A DNA stretch of 64,000 bases from Basidiobolus meristosporus CBS 931.73 (GCA_002104905.1 MCFE01000012.1:124001-188000); one strand, 5' to 3'; shown: positions 50,269 through 63,737, numbered from the stretch's first letter. The notes: a model not told the origin generated them from the sequence alone. Numbers and translations are program-made.

Positions 50269-50879
50269 AATTACCAGTAACTGTATCCTACCACTGGCAT
50301 TATGGTAGAAATTATAGTGCCAGATAGTGCCGCAGAGTGCCAGATTGATCTGGCACCATAAACAGGCTGGCACTATGTGGCACTATCCAAAGGAACAAGT
50401 CTATTGTCAAGTTTTATCCCTTTATTTGGTTGTAAAATTAGCAAAACACCATAATGATCCCATCATAAGATTGTTAGGAGGCTCTCTGCTACTAGGCTGC
50501 TGCTATTATGATGGTCTCTAAATGGGATCTTGATGGCTGATCTGGATTGGATCCACCTGTGGAACCAAATTATTAGAAATTATAGTGCCAGATAGTGCCA
50601 TAGAGTGCCAGATTGATCTAGCACTATAAACAGGCTGACAATATGTGTCAATAACCAAAGGAACAAGTCTATTGCATAAATGACATTTGATTGATTCCCT
50701 GCCAGTTTGCTCACTTTCTGATCATGGGCACTCTATCACCTCCTATGTTTATGTGCAGCCATTGCCTATTGCCTCTTTTGCACTCCTTGCTTCCTGACTC
50801 AACCATTTCTCTTACTTTTCATGCATACAAATTGATTTATTTCCATTGAAGCTTCAGATGTACCTCAATTGCCAATTGT

Positions 50880-52680
50880 ACTCACCTATACAAGTCTCTA
50901 TATCCTACACTAACATTAAGCCCAAACCCACACTCAACTAGTAAATCCATTAAAATCAACCACTCAATAAATATTTCTGTTGTAATGCTCTGGTTCCACA
51001 ACTTTGGTGGGGACCCAATGGCTTTATGCCATTGCTCATTCACTGGTACACACATCCTGGTCTTCAGCTGGCACTGCAAGGTCTAGCTCCTCATCTGCCA
51101 GTCTTTGCAATACATCCTTGCAATATTCCAGTGCATATTCTGGAGCACTGCTCTTGAAGAAGTGCTGCAACCTCTTTGTGTGCCTATTAATGTTCCAAAA
51201 TTTCACTGAGGCATTGTGATAGTCTTTTGAGTGCTTGACATTGTACCTTGTCTGTCTCTAAGATCTTCACTCCATCATCAATGGAAGATGTGAAGGCTTT
51301 GGTAAGACAAATTGCTTTTTTCTGCAAACTCATCTACCTTGCAGGAATGTAGCTCAACCAGCTCCACTTTCAACTTGTGTGAGAACAGCTGTTTTCTTGT
51401 TTGTAATTCTTCTTGGCTTTGATGGGATTCAGTCTGTTCTGGGCCTGTATTGAACTACATTTTCTGCTTGATAAATGCTACTCTGATGCATCTGCTTTGG
51501 CCTGCATGTCCCATGCAGGCACTCTCCTGGCAACCTGACTTTTATTTTCTGCTTGTTTCAAGCTCTCAACCATAGTTGTGATGGGCTCATGTAAAAGCTG
51601 TTGGTATTTATCACTGCCAGCTCCTTCACTGATACTTTGACTGAGTGTTTTCTGAATGGTACTAAGCTTTTTTCATTATAAATATTGTGCTGGAGCATCC
51701 ATATCTGCCTGCTTGTCCCTAATTGGCACTCTAACAGCTACCTGACGTCACTTTGACACTTGTCTAGAGCTTTTGACCCTGCTTGTAATGGGCTCTTGAG
51801 GAAGCTGCTAGTTTGCAGCCATGATACCCTTGTTCTTCTGCCTCTGATAGTTTCTGCTATTCTTAAGATACTCTCTTAGCATATCAATGCTGGTCCAAAT
51901 CAGTTCACCTGTTTGAGTTCATGATAATGCTCATGGAGCAAGTCAAGTGCATTCTGCTTGGCCTTGAGTTCTAGATGGTCCCATGGTATGCCAGCCTTAA
52001 AGTGATGGCATGCTACAATTCTGATGCACACTGGAATATTAGCCCACTCTTCATTATTGCACTCAACAGCTTCACTGATCTTCAATGTCTTTTGAAATTT
52101 AGGCTCTGGTATAAACACCACATTGTCTCCCTCCCATGCTATGATAGCTTTTTCTGTGGGCTTTATCTTTGGGCACTGTGGTTGTGCTTCAAAGGCTGTA
52201 CAGTGATCCTCCATTATATTATCTGGAAATGGGTCAATTCTTAGCTATAACATTAAGCTACTTGAGTACCTTCTTTGCAGCAAAAATATTGCCTTCCCTA
52301 CCTGGGATTTTGACTTCTCTACAAAATTCATCTGCTCATCCTGTTTCTGGACTATTTCCTTACTTTTCTAGGCCATTGCATCTATTCCATTGGCCACTGC
52401 ACCTAATTACTTGATTGATGCCTTGGTATGCGCTGACAACATACTTGCTAATATGGATGGTGGTGATGTTATGACAGCTACTTGCTGGTCTTCAGCTGGG
52501 GTACTGTGTTTGCTACATTCTCATCTACCTGAGCATAACAGTCAACTTGTGGCTCTACAGAGGTTCTGAATTGCCTACTTGACCAAGAGCCTGAGGAGTA
52601 TGTATTATTACCTTCAGTGGGCTCACCATTAACATGGCCTTTTTTGGATGCAGCCCTGCTGGTTGCTTGGAAAATCAAAG
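50880..52680 (-). pseudogene. CMC accessory ORF remnant
   Basis: EEWANIP...HHFKAGIPWDHLELKAKQNALDLLHEHY.ELK, homologous to 42500-42720. It resembles helical accessory proteins of fungal DNA transposons. Interrupted by copia-2. Confidence 0.55.
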
Positions 52681-52693
52681 CAAGCTGTTGTTC

Positions 52694-55600
52694 TGTTGAA
52701 ATATTGGACTATTTGGTATCATTCTGGATCTAAAAATTTACTTAACAATTCTGGACTAGTCTTGGTCACTGTGGAACTAATTTACAGCTCTAACTTTGCC
52801 ACTTTCTTCACATCTATGATCTTATGATTATTCCCCTATAGTCAGGATCAAACTAGCACTAATACTAACTATTATGTATTAACCCTGAAGCTGTTACAGA
52901 ATGCTTTGGAATATTGAGAAACCCTCCTTACTTAGTGTTCTAGCTGTATTACTTCTACAAAGGTATAAATACTGAGCTTCTTTATTAATAAACAACAGTT
53001 CAAATATTATCAATATTTCTTGATAAGTTCCTTATATCCAAATCACTTCTTAAATTGCAACAGGTTATGAGCCCTGATTGCTTTAATCAATTCTAAAGAT
53101 GACTTCTACAAGCTAACAGAACAACACAAACATATTCCTTGTAAAGGAGAGGTATGATGGAAAGAACTACAAACTTTGAAGAATCCAGATGCAGATCCAC
53201 CTTGAGGAAAGGAAGCTTTGGAATATAGTAACAGGAAAAGAAGTTGAGCCCAAAGGAACCACAGAAGCAGTGGAGAAGTTTCAAGAGAAGGAGAGAAAGG
53301 CACTTAATGCCATATGTATCAATGTGCAAGATTCCTTCATTGGACAAATCCATGCCTCAAATAATGCCAAAGCAGCATGGGAATCCTTAGAGAAGATCTT
53401 TAGGGCAAAGTCAGTATCAAGCAAGCTTTATTTGAAACAAAAGTTCTTCAAAATGAGGAAGAAGACAGATGATGACATGCTGCAGCTCATTACCAAAATG
53501 GAGACACTTGCAGAAGAACTTTACAGTATTAATGCTGGTGTAGATGATGAAGAAAAGAGACTTTGTCTGCATTGCAGCCTACCAGACAAGTATGAGTCAC
53601 TCATACTTTCTTTTGAAAGCAGAGAAGACAACTTTACTTTAAACTATATCAAAGGAAGACTTCTTCATGAAGAACTTTGACATAATGATCAAGCTGAGAA
53701 AATTGAAGATCATGCTTTATTCAGCTCAGAAAGGCACTCAGAAAAGAAGGGAAAACAACAGAACCAAAGAAAACCTGGTTGCTGCAACTATTGTAAAAAG
53801 CCAGGACACCAGGCAAGAGAATACAGAAGAAACAAGCAGGCAAAAAACAGTACTCAAAGCAGGCAAACCATATAACTATTGATGAACAGTTATTTGTAAC
53901 CATACAAAAGATTGCAAGTAACCAAATTAATGAATGATATACTGACTCTGGAGCATCACAGCATATTTGTGGTATAAAGGAGTGGTTCAGCAACTTAAAA
54001 CTATTCCCATAACAAAGGTTTATCTGGGAGATAACTCTGCTCTGGAAGCTGCTGCAAGTGGGTCTATACAACTCAATATGAGCAATAGCTCAGGGGCAAC
54101 TATAGCCAGACTCACTGTCATACTCTATGTACCTGGAATAGCTAAGACCTTACTCTCAGTCAGTAAAGCAACTACTCAGGGACTGACATTTGTTTTTACT
54201 AAGATGAGCTGCTCAATATTGAGTGAGAATGGACAAAAAGTTAGCATCAGGAATCAGAGATCACAATATATACAAGTTACAATTAAAGATCATTGTACCT
54301 GAGTATGTCAACATTGCTGAAACTGATGAAACAAACTGGGAGATGTGGTATAGGAGGCTATGACACATTGGGGAACAGAAAATGAGCCAATTGGCAAAAA
54401 ATCAGCTTGTTTTGGGCCTAAAATACTCAATTCCAATCAAATTGAATGTTTGTAAGGGATGTTCATATGGCAAACAAGCTAGCCAACATTTTAAGACCTC
54501 AGAAGGCATCAATACCACCAAAATATTGGCTATTGTACACTCAGACATATGTGGCCCCATGAGAACACTGTCCTTTGGAGCCAAGAGATACTTTATGACG
54601 TTTGTTGGTGACAAAACAAGATATAGATGGGTGTACTTCCTCCAAACAATGGATGAAGCTTTAGAGACATTTAAGCACTGCAAGAACATGGCAGAAACAT
54701 AAACTGGGTTTAAATTGAAGGTACTACAAAGTGACAATGGAGGAGAATACTGCTCAAAGGAGTTTGCAAAATACTGCTTGTCTACTGGTATACTTCAACA
54801 GACCACAGTTCCTCATACTCCACAGCAAAATGGAGTAGCAGAACATGTAAATAGAATAATAGTAGAGATGGGAAGATCTATGCTACATGATAAGGGAATG
54901 GACTACAAGTTTTGGGCTGAATCTGTTACTACCGCTGTATACATCAAGAACAGATGCCCAACAACAGCGCTACGTGATTCTACACCCTTTGAAGCATATA
55001 CAGGCAAAAAGCCAGATCTCCAGCACCTCTAGATCTTTGGCAGTGATGTTTCTTATCACATTCCTGACAAAAAATGCTCAAAGTTGGAACCAAAGAGTAG
55101 GAAAGGGATCTTTCTTGGGTATTGTGAAGATTCTATTGGGTATAGAGTGTATGATGGCAAAATTCAGAAGCTGATCAAGAGCTGGGACGTAGTATTTGAG
55201 GAGAATTCAGATCAGAAAGCCACAGAAATCATTGGCCAGCTGCCTGATGGTGCAATCAACACTAATGAAGAAGATACATACCAAACCCAGCCAGATAGGG
55301 AAGATACTTCTACCAGTTCCAGATCAGAACATATTATCCCAGTTAGGACATCTACCAGAATAAGAAATGCCCCTGGATCCTGGTGGCAGACATCCAATGA
55401 TCATGAAGAAGCTTATCTTGCCTTATGTGCCAAACCTCAGAATCTGGAACAGGCAATGCAAAGTCCAGATGCTACTAAGTGGCAACAAGCCATCCAGGAG
55501 GAGTACCAATCAATGATCAAGGCAGAAACGTGGAAACTGGTAGATTAACCAAATGGAAGAAAGCCAATAGGAAGTAGATGGGTCTACAAGATCAAGATAA

Positions 55601-57376
55601 CCTCAAATGGTGCCATTGATAAGTACAAGGCTAGATTGGTGGCTAAAGGCTATTCCCAGATCCAGGGACTAGGCTTTAAGGAAACATTTGCTCCGGTTGC
55701 CAAGTTTAACTCCATAAGGACAGTTCTAGCCCTGGCAGCTGTACACAGTCTAGATCTACACCAAATGGATGTCAAAACAGCCTTTCTAAAAGGGGATTTG
55801 CAAGAAACTATATATAGGGAGCAACCAGAAGGCTTTACCGGTCCAAAAGTACCCCATAAGGTGTGCAAACTTAAAAAATTGTTGTATGGGCTTAAGCAGG
55901 CACCTAGAGCATGGTATAACAAGATTGACACATATTTAGAGGAAATTGGGTTCTCTTGTAGCACTGCAGATCACAGTATATATGTAAAGCAGCTCAAAAA
56001 GGGTGTGATCATTCTAGTTCATTATGTGGACAACCTAATTATAGCTTCAAGTGGTCAAGAGGCACTTATACAGATGAAATCAGATCTCTTCAGCAAGTTT
56101 GAGATGAAAGATCTTGGAAAATTGAGCTATTTTCTTGGAATTGAGGTCAAATTTGACATACCTATGCAGAAAATTGTGCTGAATCAGTCTAAGTACATCA
56201 GGGACATTCTTAGATGCTTCAAAATGGAAAATTGCAAACCTGCAGCTACCCCAATGGACAATAACCTGGAATTAAGCAAATATCAGCCAGTTATAAATCA
56301 AAACAGCTCAAATATGGACCAAAACCTTCCCTATCAATCAATGGTTGGTAGCCTAATGTACTTGATAGTGTCTACACGTCCAGATATTGCAGTGGCAGTT
56401 GGAATAGTCAGTCAATTCATGCAGAATTATGGATCAGATCAAATTGCAGCAGTTAAGCAGATTTTCAGATATCTACAAGGTACTATAAATATGGTACTGG
56501 AATACACTGGAGCAGCTAATAGGCAAAATTTTGATGTTATAGTCATTGAGATTGGTGTAGGGATCTGATTGACAGATGCTCTATCACAGGCTATGTATTT
56601 CTTTATGCTGGTGCAGCTATTACCTGGAATTTCAAGAAACAGCCAACTGTGGCCCTATCTACAACTGAAGCCAAATATATGGCTGCATGTCAAGCAACTA
56701 AGGAGGCTACATGGCTACAAAAGTTATTCAAAGACTTGAGTTTTCATTCAGATGAACCAACATGTATTTACAAGGATAATCAAGATTGTATTTCATTAGC
56801 TAGAAATCCTACTAATCATGCCAGAACTAAGCACATTGATATACAGCATCACTTTGTGAGGGAAGCTGTAGAAAAAAATTAGTAGAGTTAGTGTACTGCC
56901 CAACTAGCAAAATGGTGACAGATATATTGACAAAACCACTAGCTAGGCCACAATTTGAGAATCTCACAGAGGAATTAGGATGAAGAAATTATTTAGTTGA
57001 GAGGGAGTGTTGAAATATTGGACTATTTGGTATCATTCTGCAGCTAAAAATTTACTTAGCAATTCTGGACTAGTCTTGGTCACAGTGGGACTAATTTACA
57101 GCTCTAACTTTGCCACTTTCTTCAAATCTATGATCTCATGATTATACCCCCCTAGTCAGGATCAAATTAGCACTAATACTAACTATTATGTACTAGCACT
57201 GAAACTGTTACAGAATGCTCCTGAATATTGAGATGCCCTCCTTACTTAGTGTTACAGCTATATTACTTCTACAAAGGTATAAATACTGAGCTTCTTTATT
57301 AATAAACAACAGTTCAACCATTATCACTATTTCTTGATAAGTTCCGTATATCCAAATCACTTCTTAAATTGCAACA
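52694..57376 (+). mobile_element. Full-length Ty1/copia retrotransposon (copia-2)
   Basis: 369-bp LTRs at 52694-53062 and 57008-57376 (roughly 92% identical by eye), TSD TGTTC, PBS GGTTATGAGCCC at 53063, PPT GAGAGGGAG. Gag-PR-IN-RT-RH order from ATG 53099 to ~56990, with several stops and frameshifts. Confidence 0.97.
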
Positions 57377-57659
57377 TGTTCTACCGTTCTTCTGCTGCTG
57401 TCAGCAGTGGGGTTTGGTTGGGTACCAGACAACTTTACTTTATCTTTTGGTAGCATATATATGTAAGTAAGTCAAACCAAAAGGGAAATAGTGTTAGATA
57501 TAAATATGTGTGTGGTGCCACAGCTTATTTATAATGCTTACTATGGCAGGTTATCATTGAATCTTACAATCACGTAGGTGCAATGTCTCAAATACAAGAC
57601 TGTCTTAAATTCATATGAGTATTGACCAAAAAGTAATATAATAGCATTCTGTTGTTGAA

Positions 57660-60600
57660 AGTCAAACTGTATGCCCCATATATACAACTACCTTGAATCA
57701 ATGCTGTAAGAGAAGAGAAAAAAGACCATATGGCTATTGTAGCCAGCCTCTTGGCCATGAAGCATACAGAGAGCATAGGAAGTATTATAAGGATTGCAGC
57801 CAATATTTTGCCACACAAGTCATATTTGACCATTCATCAATCACTACTGTACCAACATTATCTTGCCAGCCAGTTGATACTTCTATATTGGCACCTGGTC
57901 ATGTTTGTCACCTTGCTCAAACTGAGTCAGGTAATTTTGCAATGCCTTTGGGCCCACCTCAGCCTTCTGAATATGGCACACAGAGTGATAGCTCTAACAA
58001 AAAGGTTCACTGACGGATTATGAGGCTATTGCCCCTAACTAGAGTACCGTGTATGAGCCTGGTCAAATCCCTATATGCAATCAGAAAGCACCCATTGAAA
58101 CATATACCAAGGATACTTTATGCAGCCACATGAGCCCAGTCATCCATCTACAGGTGAATGATGTGATGTTGTGGCTAGAGAAATGGTGGGTTTCCACTAA
58201 TATCAGTAATAGAGGCTTTGAAGATTTATTACTACTACTTGGCAAATTAATTCCAGTATGCCGCTGTGGTGGTGTATAAGTCCAAGGGAGAGATACGTCC
58301 AACACTTCTCAAGTGATTTGTGTGTGGGGTGTTCACTGGGTGCAATAACCTCTGGCAAAAGCTTGCTAGGAATACTTGGGTTCTGTCTCTAATCTAATGT
58401 GAAGGGGAATAAAGCCACAAGCTTGTCAAGAGAAAACTATTGAGCTACAATCCCCAACTTAGTTGGTGTCTTAACAAAAGTATGTGCTGGGTTCAGCATC
58501 CTTTGAGATGACAATGTACTAAAGCTTCCAAAGTCAAAACAACTGTAAACTCCACCAGCAGGGACTTGATAAGAATGCAGCTGTGGTCAATAGTTACAAA
58601 GACAGAAAAGTATCTTTGCCTGTACAAGAACAAACTTGGGAAAGAATCAAATATAATAAAAGATACCTAGTCTGAGTATTCCTCACAAGTAGTGCCTCCA
58701 AGGTCAGTTGGCTGTCAGCATGGTTTCCTGGGAGTGTCCTGTGGTCTGGGGTTGGAAGTTCAGGTAGCAGCAGGTAGCAGTGATCACACTAATCAACAAG
58801 TTGGTATATTGATAAAAGGGATGATGATTTATTGTTGAGGGATAGCCTCCCTTATATACTTTTCTTACTGGCTAAGTGATTACTAATCATGGTGCTCCAG
58901 AAGGTTCTGGATATCAATAGAAATCTTAATGACATCAGAATGACCTAAGAATGTTCTAAGTAGGTGCTGGATGGTTCTAAGAGGCACAGCACATCCAATC
59001 AATCAGGAATCAGTATTCTGAAACCTGTGTAGCATAGGGATACCATATATGGTATGGAAATGGTAGGGATGGTGACATGGGTTGATCATGTGTCACAGGT
59101 ACTGGTGCAGGTACTTGCCTAATATAGAAGCACTTATTGCTAGTAATCTACATAGAGTGAGGGGTAACTTATGCAATAAGGTAAGCAGGTGTGATAGTCA
59201 ACTGGCTTATGGGATAGTACTGATTGGGTAAGACAAATGGGATAAAACTAAAATAAATGTAGTAGAGATATAGGGAAGTAGAAAATGAGGGAATGAGCAC
59301 ATCTGTCAGTGGGTGTCACTGTCACCCCACTACACAGCTTACCATGTACATGGTAAAAGTGGACAGCTGTCATGTGGCTGGCAACAATTGATCCAGAGAC
59401 TATCCTGATTCTAGTATGTGTTAAAAGTTGCATAGTATTCATATCCAAATATGCTGCAATTGTAATGTTTCCAAATTGTCAGGAATCTACAACCATTGAG
59501 GGAAAACATCATTCACACCCCAGATATAGTCTGGTAGTGACCCATCTAAAGAAGCTAATGTACTCCAACAAATATTGCAAAGCTATACAGTACTGCACCC
59601 AGTCTCAACCAAGTGCAAACATGTCCAATATATTTTATGGCAAACATTACAAACAGCTAAGAAGCAAGGGCTACTTTGAAGGTATATATGGCCATGCTGT
59701 TGCCTTAGCACTTGATGGACTCTCATTAAACAAGTACTCAACAAGCAAATCCTGCTGGCCATTGATTTACATCAATCTATATTGGCTGCCCATTTTGCAG
59801 TAGCAGAACAATATTCTGATGGTAGTCTCACTATTATTGGGGCTTAAATCACTGTCCAATCTGGATAGCTACCTGTATCCATTGCTGGATGCATTTTGTA
59901 TGATTACCAGTGGGATAACAGTAAGTGACTGTCATGTAAACATGCATATTATTATTTGTATTGGAGATACCCCAGCCATCAGCAAGATAGCAGGTTTTTT
60001 TTGGGCACAATAGATGGTATTGCTGTCAGATGTGTGAGATCCAGGGGATTTACTCCGTAACTTGCACACATTATCAATACCCAGACACCCAACTAAGATC
60101 TGCATCCCACAGATAGAACACACAGAAGTCAGCATGCAATTGCAGCAAAGTTGACAAGCTATAAGCCATTGGCCAGAATATGGAATCAATTGGAGACTGG
60201 AGATGCTTAAGATAGAGGGTATCAGTTGGAGTAGCAGCACTTCACTGGAAGCAATGCATCTGTTATTCAACAATGTCCCTATACTGATGACAACATTGTA
60301 CATGGAGCATTTCAAGCTTAATGAGCCCTTTAAGATACCTGAGAAATTTGAAAGAATTGGCAAGATGTTACAGAGTATATACTACCCCAAGTACTTCTCA
60401 CAGGCTCCAATCAATACTCATATACATATGCAGCAATACAAATGCAAAGACTAGACAAACTGGATATGTATTTATTCAAGTGGTGTTATGAAGTCATTCC
60501 TACCAGGAGTACATTAGAATGATTGGGAGGCATATGTGGATATTGCAGGAATATTTATCTGGAAGTATATCACCAATGCCAACTTGACACATCAGCAGCT

Positions 60601-61320
60601 GTTGTTCAAGGAGTTTGTAACAGGATTTTAGCAGCTACACTACAAACATAAAGTTGAACTCACAAATCACTGCCACTACTGTATCCATTCTCTACTCCAT
60701 CTTGCATGGTGTGTGGAGAATATTTGGCCTTGCTTTACCTTTTCGGAGTTTCCTATGGAGCAGATGTGTGGGGAGATAGGAAGACAAGTCAAGTTGCAGG
60801 TACTACCATATCCCAATCTCATCAAGAATATTACCTTCAAGTCCATCATGGATGCAATGAGTTGGCACATGGAGGACAGTCAGGAACAGTTGGAAAATGC
60901 TGAGGACAGATGTGCACATAGAAACACCAATGCCTGTGGTGTTTAGAAGCTAAGCAGCCCCAATGCATCAGTAACCAGTTAAGTTATGCAAAGTAGGATT
61001 TGGTGCAACAAGGAACTAATTCTTATTAGGAAAACTCTACCAAGGTATGCCAGATTTCTCATGGTCACAAGTCAACTTCTACACCATCCAATATGGAATT
61101 CACACAAACAAGTGCCAGAGCACACTACTAAGGGGGACTAGAAGCCAGCAGGGAGAAGGAATGTATTAGTTAAATACCAATAAGCTCTTTGCAGATATTC
61201 AGGAGGTATTTATGGCAGAAATTGCAACAACCAAGCACATGTTTGCAATATGTATATGTTACCAGCAGTAACAGGTATATGGCAATTTCACAAGTTTCAC
61301 ACTACAAAGCTGTAAAGTTG
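57660..61320 (+). pseudogene. CMC/EnSpm transposase (degenerate, interrupted at ~58450-59330)
   Basis: N-terminal LWLEKWWVSTNISNRGFEDLLLLL, then LVCVKSCIVF, ALALDGLSL...SCWPLIYINL, NLDSYLYPLLDAF, GDTPAISK, HLLFNNVP, FPMEQMCGEI. Confidence 0.85.
58740..59097 (-). repeat. Putative LTR of an unrelated family inside the CMC transposase
   Basis: On the minus strand it reads TGTGACAC...TATATAAG...AATAAA...CCACA (~358 bp). There is no clean TSD and no second copy in the window. Confidence 0.3.
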
Positions 61321-62099
61321 CGGTGATAGAAGTATGCCAATTGCAGCAGGCGTATATATTAATAGCTGTTAGTAAGCAGGAGGCCATAGTTTTTTTAATT
61401 CAAACTATATGTGGAATAGCCAACATAGTAGTGGGTAAGCAAATAAAGAGGGGTGATTGTACAGTAGAATAGTATGTTGATTGAAGCAGGTGTGCGCATT
61501 TGCAGAGGTTAGTATGCCAGAGGCCCAAGTTCTTTTTTATTCAATGTATATGTGGAATACCTAAGGTAGTGGTGGGTAAGCAAATAAATAGGGGTGATTC
61601 TACAGTGGAATATATGAAATACACAAGGGGAGGTAGAGAATGGAAATATCATTTGGTAAATTGGTATGGTAGCATTATGCAGAACTATCTGTAGGCCGCC
61701 ACACTGCCATTATAATGCCATTCAAATCTTTCAGTGAGGCTGCTGAAATACTGTCAACATTTTTGCCATAAAAGGCAGCTGGATGTCATGACCAGTTGGA
61801 TCCATTTAAAGTAGTTGTAGAGCGCAATAAGTCCCCAACAATGCCATGCTATTATTGTCACTGGACCAGTCCAATCCTGTCAAGTTTTATAACTTTATTT
61901 GGCAATAAAATTAGCAAAACACCATTGTGATCCCATCATAAGATTGTTAAGAGGTTCACTAGTTCCAAGCTGCTGGTATTATGACAGTCTCTAAATGGTA
62001 TCCTGACAGTTGATCCTGAATGGATCTACCTGTAGGCCAAATTATTTTTCATAGGGTGTTGTGTTATGTTTAATTTGGGGATTGTTCTACCATATAGAG

Positions 62100-62690
62100 G
62101 CTAATCAGCAATAAACAAAACTCTGTTTCACCCATTGTGCTGGAGAAAATCCATTTTGTGACTTTTTCCTTAGATCAATGTTGTGCAGGATATGTAAGAG
62201 CACAGAAGGACTGAAGGCATGCATCTGGTACTCAATATCCATGGCACTCAGAATCTAGCTACTGTGGTTTGCATTATGTCACAAAAATGCATGGCAATAT
62301 ACTTAAATATTGGGCCTAAAGTAACACCTATATAAAGCACCTATAGTGCCATATAGTACCAGTGGACCAAGATAGTGCCATGCATTTTTGTGACATAATG
62401 CAAGTCACAGGAGCTAACTCATAGTGCCATGGGTACTGAGTACCAGATGCATGTCTTCAGTCCTTCTGTGCACTTATGTATCCTGCACAACATTGATTCA
62501 AAACAAAAGGTCAAAACTGGATTTTCTCCAGCACAGTGGATGAAACAGAGGGGCTGCTTTGCATGATGATGAAGAGCTATGTTTCACACTCTGTGGCCAA
62601 GTTCATGTCTGCTATACCTCTCTGCCACACAATGGCACAACTTGGCAATTGTGGCTCAATGTGGCACTATACAACTGAAAAAGTGTAGTG
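62100..62690. mobile_element. Third foldback derivative
   Basis: Inverted arms ~62120-62300 and ~62370-62560 are homologous to 32940-33480. The right end GTGGCACTATACAACTG resembles the family terminus. Confidence 0.8.
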
Positions 62691-62814
62691 TTTCCCACTT
62701 CTATTGCAGAGTTCTGGCCATTTGTCAACTATAGGGGTGATTACAGTTTAAAGTAGCTATTCTACAAGTAAAAATCACTTTCCTTTCTTGGAAAAATATT
62801 TCCAGATTAAGGAG

Positions 62815-62970
62815 TCTAAAGGGGTGTCTTTAGAGCAAAGGGGCATCCTACCATGGTCTATAAAGTGGACTTTACAACTAAGGGGTTTTTTAATGGGCCC
62901 CTAAAGGGGTCTTTAGACTAAAGAGATGTCTAAAGGGGTAACTTTAGAGTAAAGGGGCTTCTTAGAGGGG
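62815..62970 (+). repeat. Degenerate CTAAAGGGG / CTTTAG repeat cluster
   Basis: Seven GGGG tracts in ~155 bp, mostly preceded by (C)TAAA and interspersed with the inverse CTTTAG. Confidence 0.6.
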
Positions 62971-63737
62971 ATTTATCCAACAGAGAAGTGGTAGTTTTCT
63001 TGTAGAAGTTAGATTGTATGCTTGTGAGCTTTTCAGTCACTTTGCTGATGTAGTATTGGTTAAAGTCAGAATACCCAGTAGTGTAAGTGCTGCAGGAGAA
63101 GTCTAATAACCTTCAAGCTTGTAACTGTGTTGTGCAGATTCTGGAAAGAGAGCCTCTGTTTTATTCTTCAGCTGGGGAAGTCATATACAAGAGAATTTTC
63201 ATGGATCAGAGTTTCTGTGCAATTGCACAAGTGAAACAGGTGATATAAAGCTAAAATCTTGCAGTGATGCAGATTGGACATAGGTGCAGCACCTGTAAAT
63301 ATAGCATTTCATTTGATGGGCTGGTTTGAAAGTTACATGCAACCAATGTCACCTTAGTAATCCTAGCAAAAAAGGCCTAGTCTATGTTGTTATTGGACTC
63401 TTTTGATATGAACTGCTGAAATACTGTCTCAAATGACCTCTAATTTGAGTCATGTGTTAACTAATGAGTGTTCTACATGATCTATTATTCTTGAGTGGAT
63501 TCATTAGCAGGGTCTTGAGCATCTGTACTTCAAAGTTGTAAATTCTTGAACTTTTCCTTATGAAAAATAATTTGGTTCCACAGGTGGATCCAATCCAGAT
63601 CAGCCATCAAGATCCCATTTAGAGACCATCATAATAGCAGCAGCCTAGAAGCAGAGAGCCTCCTAACAATCTTATGATGGGATCATTATGGTGTTTTGCT
63701 AATTTTACAACCAAATAAAGGGATAAAACTTGACAAT

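Larger units (their letters stand above)
47381..50670 (+). mobile_element. Harbinger/ISL2-like copy E (internally deleted, double right end)
   Basis: ATC|AGACTTGTTC at 47381, inner TIR ending 50402, outer TIR ending 50670|ATT. The flanks rejoin to match the empty paralog at 33565-33605. About 1 kb is deleted, joining ORF2 to the transposase at 49424. Confidence 0.85.
47241..62056 (+). mobile_element. Probable full-length CMC/EnSpm element (CCC...GGG termini, 2-bp TG flanks) carrying nested insertions
   Basis: Left TG|CCCTTGGAAAATATTTGG; right reverse complement CCCTATGAAAAATAATTTGG, followed by TG. Accessory ORF (minus, 50880-52680, continuing 57377-57590), transposase (plus, ~57660-61320). 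About 6 kb after removing nested copy E, copia-2 and an ~0.9 kb insert. Confidence 0.6.

Noticed and set aside
62815-62970. True telomere or clean interstitial telomeric array
   Set aside because: The units are irregular, interrupted and bidirectional, and sequence continues on both sides.
63240-63295. KSCSDADW, resembling a copia RNase H start
   Set aside because: Too short and isolated to define a feature; no adjacent RT or LTR recognised.
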